Part shown: positions 1-8,802 of the stretch, piece after piece
Layout: every line of letters begins with the position of its first letter
How positions within the stretch are numbered: the first letter of the stretch is position 1
Translations under genes and position numbers: made by a program
Notes under the pieces: generated by a model
The model's database searches: none
The model's input: only the letters and a program-made list of their open reading frames with translations
What the model was told of the DNA's origin: nothing
Source: an uncultured bacterium
GTDB lineage: Bacteria > Patescibacteriota > Minisyncoccia > Phycocordibacterales > DATDWN01
Reading direction: 5' to 3'
DNA: 64,000 nt
NCBI GenBank assembly: GCA_903870365.1
Contig: CAIQCQ010000038.1
Span: 7,478 to 71,477 of the forward strand

Positions 1-235
1 AAAGAGGGTAGGTGGTCAATAATACCACATCAAGAGCGTCACCATCTTCCCAGAGAGTCTGTGGGACAAAACCATAATCAAATGGAGTGGTCTGAGTGGT
101 AAAATGCACTCGATCAAGAGCGATAAGACCGGTCTTTTTGTCTATTTCGTATTTATTGTGTGAACCTTTGTTAATTTCAACAATAACGTTCATCTCTTCG
201 GCTGTTCCCGGGGCAATGTCTGTAAGTAAGTTCAT
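1..235 (-). CDS. ppa: Inorganic pyrophosphatase, N-terminal part (runs off window)
   Basis: Manual translation MNLLTDIAPG...VEINKGSHNKYEIDKKTG...LDR...PFDYGFVPQTLWEDGDALDV has family I PPase motifs. Confidence 0.92.
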   Translation of the reverse strand, partial: MNLLTDIAPGTAEEMNVIVEINKGSHNKYEIDKKTGLIALDRVHFTTQTTPFDYGFVPQTLWEDGDALDVVLLTTYPL

Positions 236-307
236 ATATTAGGCAATCGTCATGAGTAATACAGGCAATGGTACAAGAAAATATAAAAATTAACAATGTT
301 TGTATAT

Positions 308-343
308 AAAAAAACTTCCCAGACAGTGTCTAGGAAGTTTTTT
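308..343 (-). terminator. Intrinsic terminator-like hairpin after nusA
   Basis: aaaaaacttcc-cagacagtgtcta-ggaagtttttt inverted repeat with A/T tails. Confidence 0.65.
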
Positions 344-357
344 ATCAAGAAAGTGGA

Positions 358-1611
358 TTACTCAGCTTTTGTTTCTACTACTGGCTGACCAATGTCATCT
401 GTTATTGTCGATTCAATTTTAGTTTCTTTCAAAGTTTTATATCCTTCTTCTGAATCAACCACTGCTTTTACTTCAGGAGTTGGAGCAACGACAACGTCGG
501 GCATACCTTCAGACTGAATATCTATCTTCCACCCAGTCAACTTTGCTGCCAAACGCACGTTTTGACCACCCTTACCAATAGCCAGTGACTGCTGGTCTGG
601 AGATACCTTGACTTTGGCCATCATACCCTGCTGATCTATTTCAATTGAAAGAATGTTTGCAGGAGAGAGAGCTTCTTCAATAAATTTCTTTGGATCTTCT
701 GACCACTCGATAATATCGATCTTTTCACCACCAAGCTCTGACATGACTGTCGCCACACGCACACCACGCTGACCAACCATGGAACCAACAGGGTCAATAT
801 GTGAGTCTGTAGAGGCTACCGCGATCTTTGTACGAGATCCTGGTTCACGAGCAATAGATTTAACAATGACGGCACCTGAGGCAAGCTCAGGGGCTTCAGA
901 CAAGAAAAGTTTTTCCAAGAATTTTGGATGAGATCGAGATAATCGCAAGAATACACCTCGACCAGAGTCTTCAACACGGAAGAGGTATGCGCGAACACGT
1001 TCACCTTGAGCATATCGCTCGCCAGGGATCTGTTCTTCGTATGGGAGAATACCAGTAGCACGACCCATTTCTATATAGATATTGCCACGTTCAATACGCT
1101 GGACAGTACCTGTGACGATCTCGCCATCACGCTTGCCATATTCTGCCATAACAGAATCCTTTTCTGCTTCACGAATTTTCTGCATAATGACCTGCTTTGC
1201 AGTCTGTGCACTGATACGTCCATAGTCGCCCTTGTCTTCAAGAGGGAAGATCATTTCTTCACCCACCTTGGCGCCTTTTTTAATAAATTGTGCGTCTTCT
1301 ACCAAGATATGATGTTCTGGGTTGTAGATTTCTTTTGCTTCGCCATTGTCCTGTAGGGGCATGTCCTCACCATCCTCTGGTAATTCCATGACAATAATTG
1401 AATCATCAGCGACGACTTTTACCTGATACATTTCCACCTTTCCTGAATTAATATCAAATTTAGCACGGATGATTTGTCCGCGTTTACCGTATTCTTTTTT
1501 GTAGGCAGTCGCCAAAGCAAGCTCGATCGCTTCGAGCACTTTTTCCTTGGCAATACCACGCTCTTCTTCGAGCTGGGTTAGAACACTATTGATTACTTTT
1601 AGATCAAACAT
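358..1611 (-). CDS. nusA: Transcription termination/antitermination factor NusA
   Basis: YGRISAQTAKQV, S1 domain, AREPGSRTKIAV, KH motif SLAIGKGGQNVRLAAKLTGWKIDI. Confidence 0.97.
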   Translation of the reverse strand: MFDLKVINSVLTQLEEERGIAKEKVLEAIELALATAYKKEYGKRGQIIRAKFDINSGKVEMYQVKVVADDSIIVMELPEDGEDMPLQDNGEAKEIYNPEHHILVEDAQFIKKGAKVGEEMIFPLEDKGDYGRISAQTAKQVIMQKIREAEKDSVMAEYGKRDGEIVTGTVQRIERGNIYIEMGRATGILPYEEQIPGERYAQGERVRAYLFRVEDSGRGVFLRLSRSHPKFLEKLFLSEAPELASGAVIVKSIAREPGSRTKIAVASTDSHIDPVGSMVGQRGVRVATVMSELGGEKIDIIEWSEDPKKFIEEALSPANILSIEIDQQGMMAKVKVSPDQQSLAIGKGGQNVRLAAKLTGWKIDIQSEGMPDVVVAPTPEVKAVVDSEEGYKTLKETKIESTITDDIGQPVVETKAE

Positions 1612-1628
1612 ATTGTTTATTTTATATT

Positions 1629-1750
1629 TTTAATTTCAAATCTGGATGAGATGTTAGGCGAAAGTGTAAAAAGACGAGGAGCCGTACACTGGTACGGTGA
1701 CGAGAATTTTTATGCTTTCAACAACACAGATCGCCAGATTTGAAATTAAA
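1629..1750. repeat. Dispersed modular hairpin, copy 1
   Basis: Terminal IR tttaatttcaaatctgg/ccagatttgaaattaaa; apex acgaggagccgtac-actg-gtacggtgacgag; taggcg/caacaac loop. Confidence 0.8.
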
Positions 1751-1903
1751 TTTGGTAAAAAAATGGCCCGCCTGTGAAGGCGAACATAACCCTCATATAT
1801 TACAGCACTATACTTTTTTTGTCAAATCAAAATGTGTCGCACCTTATCCACAGGTGGATATACGAACACATGAATAAGAGTATAGAAATGCTATACTAAA
1901 GGT

Positions 1904-2566
1904 ATGGCAAACTTCAAAGGAAAACATGATGCAATCGTTCTTCGTAAAAAGGGCTATAGTTACAGCCAGATAAAGACAGCTCTTGGAATAAGTAAGGGGA
2001 CTCTGAGTGAGTGGTTACGTCCGTATCCACTTTCCCCAGAAAGAATAAAAGAATTACGGGACAATAGTCCTCAGAGAATAGAACGCTACAGGAATACCAT
2101 GGCTCAAAAACGCCAGGCAAAACTTGACTCCGCCTTTAATAAAGCAAAGGGGGATATTAAAAAACTCTCAAAAAGAGAATTGTTTATCTTTGGTTTTGCG
2201 TTATATTGGGCAGAAGGTGGAAAAACAAGAGCAAGCTCGTTATCACTCGGAAATACAGATCCTGCAATGTTGAAAGTTTTTATACAATGGCTTACATTAC
2301 TTGGAGTTCCCAAAAATAAACTACGTATTAAGCTTCATATGTATAAAGATATGGATCAAAAAAAGACAATTGCTTTTTGGAAACAAATATTGGGAGTAGG
2401 GGATGATCAATTTATCAAACCGTATATTAAAGATTCTCGTCTTACTGACCTGACATACAAAAATGGCTTTGGGCACGGCACATGTAATATCGTGTATGAT
2501 AATACAGAAATGACACGTTACGTCTTGATGGGAATGAAATATATAGTAGAGTATCTAACGACATAA
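1904..2566 (+). CDS. HTH plus LAGLIDADG-like domain protein, tRNA-adjacent
   Basis: N-terminal HTH (GYSYSQIKTALGISKGTLSEWL); ALYWAEGGK...LGNTDPAML resembles a LAGLIDADG helix and following strand. Confidence 0.6.
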   Translation: MANFKGKHDAIVLRKKGYSYSQIKTALGISKGTLSEWLRPYPLSPERIKELRDNSPQRIERYRNTMAQKRQAKLDSAFNKAKGDIKKLSKRELFIFGFALYWAEGGKTRASSLSLGNTDPAMLKVFIQWLTLLGVPKNKLRIKLHMYKDMDQKKTIAFWKQILGVGDDQFIKPYIKDSRLTDLTYKNGFGHGTCNIVYDNTEMTRYVLMGMKYIVEYLTT

Positions 2567-2570
2567 AAAT

Positions 2571-2643
2571 GCACGCATAGCTCAGTTGGTAGAGCAGATG
2601 TCTTATACACATCAGGTCCTAGGTTCGAACCCTAGTGCGTGCA
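2571..2643 (+). tRNA. tRNA-Ile(UAU)
   Basis: Acceptor gcacgca/tgcgtgc, D arm gctc/gagc, anticodon stem gatgt/acatc with loop ctTATac, T arm ctagg-ttcgaac-cctag; CCA not encoded. Confidence 0.92.
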
Positions 2644-2644
2644 C

Positions 2645-3244
2645 ATGGCGAAATTTTCTCAAAAACTGGAACGATTGATTGATTTTGTGCAATTTACGCA
2701 CGAATTTCAACAGGTGGTTCGCGTAGCGCGTATCCCATATGGCAATCGCATGGAAAATGATGCGGAACACAGCTACCAGCTAGCTATGGTAGCTTGGTTT
2801 TTAATTGACCAAGATAAACTCAAATTAAACAAAGAACTTTGTTTCATGTACGCACTTGCACATGATTTGGTGGAGGTGTATGCAGGGGATACTTTTGCAT
2901 ACGATAAAAAAGCAGTTTTATCAAAACATACGCGAGAAAAAGAATCACTAAAGAAGATAAAGGAACAGTTCTCTCATTTTAAAAGTCTTATACAGACAAT
3001 AGAAAAATACGAAGAAAAATCTGATGCTGAGAGTACATTCATCTATGCGCTCGATAAAATATTACCTCCACTCCAATGCTACCTTGAAGACGGTGCTATT
3101 TGGAAAGAATACGGAATGTCACTACAAGATGTGATTGAAATGAAAAATAATAAAATCGCCACATCAAAAGATGTTAATACATACTGGGTTGAGCTCCTGG
3201 CAGAAATAACAAAACAAGAAAAGAAACTTTTTAAGAAACGGTAA
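2645..3244 (+). CDS. HD-domain phosphohydrolase (YfbR/HDDC2-like 5'-deoxynucleotidase family)
   Basis: ENDAEHSY, ALAHDLVEVYAGD, ALDK motifs; ATG at 2645 directly after the tRNA. Confidence 0.85.
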   Translation: MAKFSQKLERLIDFVQFTHEFQQVVRVARIPYGNRMENDAEHSYQLAMVAWFLIDQDKLKLNKELCFMYALAHDLVEVYAGDTFAYDKKAVLSKHTREKESLKKIKEQFSHFKSLIQTIEKYEEKSDAESTFIYALDKILPPLQCYLEDGAIWKEYGMSLQDVIEMKNNKIATSKDVNTYWVELLAEITKQEKKLFKKR

Positions 3245-3268
3245 CTCCCTATTCACAGATCAGTGTGT

Positions 3269-4114
3269 TTACCTCGGAAATTCGTTTACCAACTCGTTTG
3301 AATCATAAAAACTTTTTGCGAGTGATCCAAAACTCCAGACTACTGTACCGAGGGGGATAGCTGCACCGCCAGACTGTGCGCCCATATGTGGGTGAGAATT
3401 AGCAAAGCCAATATTATACAGTGTGGCCACTACATCTGGTTTCTGTGAAATATCAAAGCCAGAAGTGAGCCACTGATGCTCAACTTGGTGAATATACAAA
3501 CCAGCATAGAGATAACTGTAATAGTGATCATCTTGATTGGTCATGCGTGTAAAACGCTCTTGATTGATACTGGTAGATTGGAAATCCAATAAATGTTGGT
3601 ATTGATTACCAAGATAAAATGGTGAGGTGGTGGCTGTGATATTTTTTTCAATATTGACTGCTGTCGCCTCCTTGATACCCATGACACCCCAAGAAAACTG
3701 GGTTTCACTACCCAGGATTTTGAGGGGAGCAAAAAACTTTTCATACGATGCGCGGTCATCGTAATAAAACCGAAGTTGTTCAGCAATCAGATTTTCTACA
3801 ATTAACCGTGCCGGTACACCAGAGGTAGTTGCGGCACGGTTAATCACCACCTGATCTTTGAGGATAGCAGCCTTGAGAGTAAACCACTCGGGAGTATTAT
3901 CCCATGAGTTCTGACTAGAGCTGTCTATAACACTGGCCATCTGACCTGCCACATTGTTTCCTCCATCCAAAAAAGCCTGGCGTTGATTGTCGATCATACC
4001 AGGGGTATTGGTCCAGCCGAGTCGTATGGCAATATAACCAGCAGTCAACACAAAACCAATAAGTGCAAAGAGCAACACGATCGCAATACCAATTATTTTC
4101 AAAATTTTTTTCAT
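3269..4114 (-). CDS. Membrane-anchored protein, possible lysozyme/lytic transglycosylase-like fold
   Basis: N-terminal TM; LIAEQ, WGVMGIK and LYNIG resemble SLT motifs I-III. Confidence 0.45.
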   Translation of the reverse strand: MKKILKIIGIAIVLLFALIGFVLTAGYIAIRLGWTNTPGMIDNQRQAFLDGGNNVAGQMASVIDSSSQNSWDNTPEWFTLKAAILKDQVVINRAATTSGVPARLIVENLIAEQLRFYYDDRASYEKFFAPLKILGSETQFSWGVMGIKEATAVNIEKNITATTSPFYLGNQYQHLLDFQSTSINQERFTRMTNQDDHYYSYLYAGLYIHQVEHQWLTSGFDISQKPDVVATLYNIGFANSHPHMGAQSGGAAIPLGTVVWSFGSLAKSFYDSNELVNEFPR

Positions 4115-4198
4115 GAAATGGTTATACTCAAAGAGTTAGAGAAAAGTATATATACCACATTCTCCGCAATCACCCCTCTTTACGTGACCACAAATATA

Positions 4199-6358
4199 TC
4201 ATTCAAAGTGAATACTGCCTGCAGTTTTTTCAAGTTCAGATTTTAAAAGAGGATATTTTTTCAATTGAAAATCCTCTGCAATAATTTGTTTAGCTTCTTC
4301 GCGAGCAGCCTCAACCATCTTGAGATTTTGCAACGCGTCCATGGCTAAATCAGAAATGCCCCATTGTTTACCGCCGTACAGTTCACCTGCACCACGTTGT
4401 GACAGGTCAAACTCTGCCAACTCAAAACCATTTTTTGCTACACTCAAAGCCTTCAATCGAGCCACTGTTTTTGCCCCAGTACTCTCGGTAAAGACGTAAC
4501 AATATGCTTGGTGGTTACTCCGAATCACTCGTCCTCGAAGTTGATGGAGTTGAGACAAACCAAATCGTTCAGCACCTTCGATAAGGATCATTGTTGCATT
4601 TGGTACATTAACCCCGACCTCCACTACTGATGTAGCCACCAAAATATCTGTCTTGTGATTCGTAAAGTCCAGCATATTTTTTTCTTTCTCTGAAGTAGTC
4701 ATCTTGCTATGGAGGATGCCCACTTTCCAACGTGGAAAAACTTCGGTCTGTAGACGTTTGGCTTCTTCGGTCACTGATTTAGCGATGACAGCCATTTCTT
4801 TGGTTGGGTCGGCTTCATTGATACGTGGACAAATAATATAGAGCTGTCGACCCTCTTGTAACCCTTTTTCAATTTCTGTATATGTTGCCACACGGTCTTT
4901 TGGTAAGACAATTTTAGTAATGATTGGCTTTCGTCCGACTGGCATTTGATCAAGAATAGAAAGATCGAGGTCACCATAGAGTGTCAGTGACAATGTGCGG
5001 GGAATAGGGGTGGCGGTCATCGATAACAAGTGTGGCATATGGACCTGATTTTTCTGTGTCAGTTTTTGTCGTTGTGCTGTTCCAAAGCGATGTTGTTCAT
5101 CAATAATAACAAAGGCTAAATGCTTGAAAATGACTGATTTGGAAATAAGCGCATGAGTACCTACCACAATAGGGATCTCACCATTTGCTACCCATTTAGA
5201 CAGTTGAGCTTTAGAAACACTGGTCCATCCATTTTTATCTGATTTAGATGGGAATTTTTTACAGCCCGACCCAGTGATCAAACCGACTGCGATACCAGTA
5301 CCACGAAAAAACTCTATAAAATTTTCAAATTGTTGTTTGGCCAAGATTTCTGTCGGGGCCATGTAGGCCACCTGGAGGTTACCAAAGTTTTGACCTGTCG
5401 GTCGTGATGTCACCACGGCAAACGTGGTGGCCGCAGCTACCGCTGTCTTGCCAGAACCAACGTCTCCTTCGAGTAAGCGTGACATGGGGTGACCCGAGCG
5501 AAAGTTAATCAGGATAGTTTCAATACTTTTTTGCTGGGCGTCGGTGGCTTTAAATGGAAAGTTTTTAATGAAACCATCAACAGATTTTTTGTCTGCAGTA
5601 ATATCAAAACTTTTTTCCGCTTTCCATTGTGATTTTTCTTGTTGTTTACGTAGCTGAATAAAAAATATTTCCTGAAAGGCAAATCGTTTGCGGGCAGCCA
5701 GGGCATCACTTTCACGTTTTGGCGCGTGAATATATATCAGAGCATCAGACATACCTGGCAAATGATATTTGTCCAAAATCTCTTGGGGGATAGGATCGAC
5801 CAATGTTTCCAACATGCCGCTTTTAAAAATACGTTCGATGTTGTGATAGATCCAATTTGATGTCAGACCACGACTTTCTGGATAGACTGGATACAACGCA
5901 TGCTCTTCACCCTGGTCTCCAAATAGATTTTTACCCACAGCTAGTGGCACCTTGCCAGCAATTTCTATTTTTGGATTAGAAAAATAAATATCTCCTTTGC
6001 GATCAGAGACTTTTCCTTCAATACGCACGGTGGCACCCTCACGGATCATTTTTGCTAAATATGGTTGATTAAACCAGACGATTTTGACTCGACCAGTTTC
6101 ATCAGTGACTGTTGCCTCGGCCATGGGAATTTTTTTCACAAAAGCTTTGCTCATCTTCAAACCAGTAATAGTGCCATACACCACGGCATCTTCGCCAACA
6201 GCAAGAGTGCCAATATTTTTTACTTCACTGGTATTACCGTAGCGCACAGGGAAGTGATACAGCAAATCTTCAACAGTTTTTATGCCAAGTTTATGTAAGG
6301 CTTTTTTCTGTGGCTCAATGGTACGAAAAGCTTGTTCAATAGGAGTGTTGGGATTCAT
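4199..6358 (-). CDS. recG: ATP-dependent DNA helicase RecG
   Basis: RLLEGDVGSGKT, MAPTEILAKQ, DEQHRFG, MTATPIPRTL, QLHQLRGRV. Confidence 0.97.
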   Translation of the reverse strand: MNPNTPIEQAFRTIEPQKKALHKLGIKTVEDLLYHFPVRYGNTSEVKNIGTLAVGEDAVVYGTITGLKMSKAFVKKIPMAEATVTDETGRVKIVWFNQPYLAKMIREGATVRIEGKVSDRKGDIYFSNPKIEIAGKVPLAVGKNLFGDQGEEHALYPVYPESRGLTSNWIYHNIERIFKSGMLETLVDPIPQEILDKYHLPGMSDALIYIHAPKRESDALAARKRFAFQEIFFIQLRKQQEKSQWKAEKSFDITADKKSVDGFIKNFPFKATDAQQKSIETILINFRSGHPMSRLLEGDVGSGKTAVAAATTFAVVTSRPTGQNFGNLQVAYMAPTEILAKQQFENFIEFFRGTGIAVGLITGSGCKKFPSKSDKNGWTSVSKAQLSKWVANGEIPIVVGTHALISKSVIFKHLAFVIIDEQHRFGTAQRQKLTQKNQVHMPHLLSMTATPIPRTLSLTLYGDLDLSILDQMPVGRKPIITKIVLPKDRVATYTEIEKGLQEGRQLYIICPRINEADPTKEMAVIAKSVTEEAKRLQTEVFPRWKVGILHSKMTTSEKEKNMLDFTNHKTDILVATSVVEVGVNVPNATMILIEGAERFGLSQLHQLRGRVIRSNHQAYCYVFTESTGAKTVARLKALSVAKNGFELAEFDLSQRGAGELYGGKQWGISDLAMDALQNLKMVEAAREEAKQIIAEDFQLKKYPLLKSELEKTAGSIHFE

Positions 6359-6394
6359 GTAAATATTGTATGTTTTTAGATTTGAAATATATAC

Positions 6395-6422
6395 TTGACA
6401 AAAAATTATACGAGTATATAAT
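6395..6422 (+). promoter_or_regulatory. Consensus sigma70 promoter with no downstream ORF
   Basis: TTGACA (6395-6400), 16 nt spacer, TATAAT (6417-6422). Confidence 0.55.
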
Positions 6423-6597
6423 ACACCCAGACTAGTTGCCAGGAGAGGCTTACGGAGAGGAATAGAAACTCACGTAAAAATCTTAGTGGCTGTCGTACGA
6501 CATGTGGTCAGCTTCCCCCATTTTTAAAAAGAACACAAAAAACAAAACCAAAAAAAATAATCCCTTTAGGGGTGGGCCGCACTGCAGTGTGGCCCTT

Positions 6598-7452
6598 TTA
6601 ATTTACACAAAATCTATTTTTTACTTTTGAAACCATCCCTTCTATTTCTAAACCATTCAAAATCTCTACAACCAAAGATTGTTCATACTTTGTCAGTTTT
6701 ACAATTTTTTTCTCAGTCTGGGGTTTTTCCAAAATCAATCGCAATATTTCTGCACGTTTCTGACGATTGGAACCTACAAACTTTGACTGTTTTGTATGGT
6801 GCTTACTTTTATGATTTGGGTTTTTGATCTTAGTACTTTTTAAATAAGCTCCATAGTCAAACAATGCCCAATACCATTCTCGTGGGCCTGTCCCGTTAGA
6901 AGTAGGCTTTTTTTGAAAGCCGTTAGTTCTAATGGGATTTTTTGGTAAAGTTTTTTTAATCAGTGGCAAAATTTCTTTATCAGAGACCTTCACTTGATCA
7001 GTAAAATAAAAATGAATAAACACCGCACGAATATTTGTTTCAATCACCACAATAGGAATGTTCCATGCAAAAGCCAAGATATCTCCAGCAGTAGCCGGAC
7101 CAATGCCGGGGAGGGAAATAAGTGCTTTCATATCACGTGGAAATTTTCCATCAAAATCAGCTACAATTTTCTCTGCACATTGTTTCAAATACATCCCTCG
7201 TCGGTTGTAGCCAAGTCCTTGCCATTCCAAGAGCACATCGCGTAAGGATGCTTGGGCCAAAGCCTGCGCGGTCGGAAATTTTTCTAAAAAACTTTTGTAT
7301 TTTACCAACACTCGTGACACTTGCGTCTGCTGCAACATCACTTCTGAGACCAAAATCTTGTACGGGTCACGTGTTTTTCGCCAAGGTAGATCATGTCGAC
7401 CAGATTCTCGGTAATAGCCCCAGATTATTTTTTTAAATTTCTTTTGATTCAC
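6598..7452 (-). CDS. mutY: A/G-specific adenine glycosylase MutY-like (no Fe-S cluster motif)
   Basis: DLPWR, VSEVMLQQTQV, WQGLGYNRR, HhH LPGIGPATA. Confidence 0.9.
   Translation of the reverse strand: MNQKKFKKIIWGYYRESGRHDLPWRKTRDPYKILVSEVMLQQTQVSRVLVKYKSFLEKFPTAQALAQASLRDVLLEWQGLGYNRRGMYLKQCAEKIVADFDGKFPRDMKALISLPGIGPATAGDILAFAWNIPIVVIETNIRAVFIHFYFTDQVKVSDKEILPLIKKTLPKNPIRTNGFQKKPTSNGTGPREWYWALFDYGAYLKSTKIKNPNHKSKHHTKQSKFVGSNRQKRAEILRLILEKPQTEKKIVKLTKYEQSLVVEILNGLEIEGMVSKVKNRFCVN
6891..6937. repeat. CCCGTTAGA-type palindromic element inserted in-frame in mutY
   Basis: tcccgttagaa...ttctaatggga with inner ggctt/aagcc hairpin; encodes PIRTNGFQKKPTSNGT. Confidence 0.7.
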
Positions 7453-7521
7453 TCCGCAAGCATAACAAAAACCACCACAGCAACAAAGACGTGGTGGTTT
7501 TTAAAAACTCTATAATTAATA

Positions 7522-8040
7522 TTAACGTGTCAGTGCAATAGTCTGACTCAACTCTGACGCAGTGTTTGCCTCTGGTGCAGAGACGGTGATACGGCCAGTG
7601 GTGGCATCTTTGACCACCTTGTACCCAGTATCATACGTTGATCCATTCAGCGCCCTACCAACAGTTGGATCAATTGGTAACTCTGACATATATGTCGGCA
7701 CCAAACAGCCACGGAGATCAACACCACCACTTGAAGCAATATCCTGAGCAGTAGTAGTAATATCATTAGCAGATGTACAACCAGCAGTGGTAGTAGCTGT
7801 ACCAATAAACAAACCTTGATTGTCGGCCATACGCTGACCAATGGCATTTAAAATAGCTTCGACATTACTCTGACGCTGAGTATTGCGCGCTTGAGCAAAC
7901 TGCCGACTCGGGTTAATAGCCACAATCACAATGGCTGCCAAAATAGCGATAATACCAATAACCACTAAAATCTCGATCAATGTAAAACCTTTTGATCTTT
8001 CCACCTGCTTCTCATTTCTACCAAAGAACAATTTTTTCAT
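7522..8040 (-). CDS. Type IV pilin
   Basis: Prepilin motif KG/FTLIEILVVIGIIAILAAIVIVAINP; ELPIDP; start reassigned to ATG at 8040. Confidence 0.92.
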   Translation of the reverse strand: MKKLFFGRNEKQVERSKGFTLIEILVVIGIIAILAAIVIVAINPSRQFAQARNTQRQSNVEAILNAIGQRMADNQGLFIGTATTTAGCTSANDITTTAQDIASSGGVDLRGCLVPTYMSELPIDPTVGRALNGSTYDTGYKVVKDATTGRITVSAPEANTASELSQTIALTR

Positions 8041-8111
8041 ATAAATGATAAACATGAATAATACTTTAATCTTACAAAAAAATATTTTTACAGAAAAATT
8101 AAACTGTGGAT

Positions 8112-8259
8112 TACAAGACCTACGCATTCGTTCAATTTCAAACTATTTTTGAAGCAGGATTCGCAAACGTACTGTCGTACGGTGGAGAATCATGCGTAAA
8201 AAATAGAAAGAAATTATACGAACCTGTGGCGAATTGCATATGAGTGCGCAGGTCTTGTA
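8112..8259. repeat. Dispersed modular hairpin, copy 2
   Basis: IR tacaagacct/aggtcttgta; apex attcgcaaacgtac-tgtc-gtacggtggagaat. Confidence 0.75.
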
Positions 8260-8730
8260 TTAATTACTAGATGTCGCAACTGTCCAGGATTGAATAGTAA
8301 TATTTTTTACTCCTGGCATCAGAGCAAACACTGGATTTTTAATAGTTGCAGTGACGACCATATTACTCCACACATCATGTGTATGAGCACTGGCTGTCAC
8401 ATATGCATTTTTTTGGTGATTGACCGTATCCTCGGCACTGTAGACAACCGAAACAATCGTGCACTGATCATCACCAACACTGACCACATCACCACCAGAA
8501 GCAGGTGCATACGTATAATTTTGAGCAATTCTCAACAGAGCCACGTTCCCACACGACTGAGCGAGCAGAGTACTTTGCGCCTGTAACTCATGATCCATCA
8601 AACCAAAGCGCGCCACAAATTGACTGCTACTGGCTGCAATAGACAATCCAATCAAGACAAGAGAAATGACAATAGCTGAAACGAGAGCAATGAATCCTTT
8701 ATTATAATATATTCTATTCATACAAATCAT
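8260..8730 (-). CDS. Minor pilin, PilX-like
   Basis: KG/FIALVSAIVISLVL prepilin-like N-terminus without Glu5. Confidence 0.7.
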   Translation of the reverse strand: MICMNRIYYNKGFIALVSAIVISLVLIGLSIAASSSQFVARFGLMDHELQAQSTLLAQSCGNVALLRIAQNYTYAPASGGDVVSVGDDQCTIVSVVYSAEDTVNHQKNAYVTASAHTHDVWSNMVVTATIKNPVFALMPGVKNITIQSWTVATSSN

Positions 8731-8802
8731 TCCTATTCTATTCGTAATTCTTAATTCTTTCTATATTATTATTTCTTCAATTCTCTATGTTAGAATAACA
8801 CC

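Noticed and set aside
1629..1750. Integron cassette array
   Set aside because: No integron integrase, hairpins flank core genes in mixed orientation, and RYYYAAC/GTTRRRY ends are not consistent; only an analogy is kept.
1845..1860. DnaA box ttatccaca near nusA as a second origin
   Set aside because: Isolated box pair in a promoter region; the dnaA-dnaN gap is a much better oriC.
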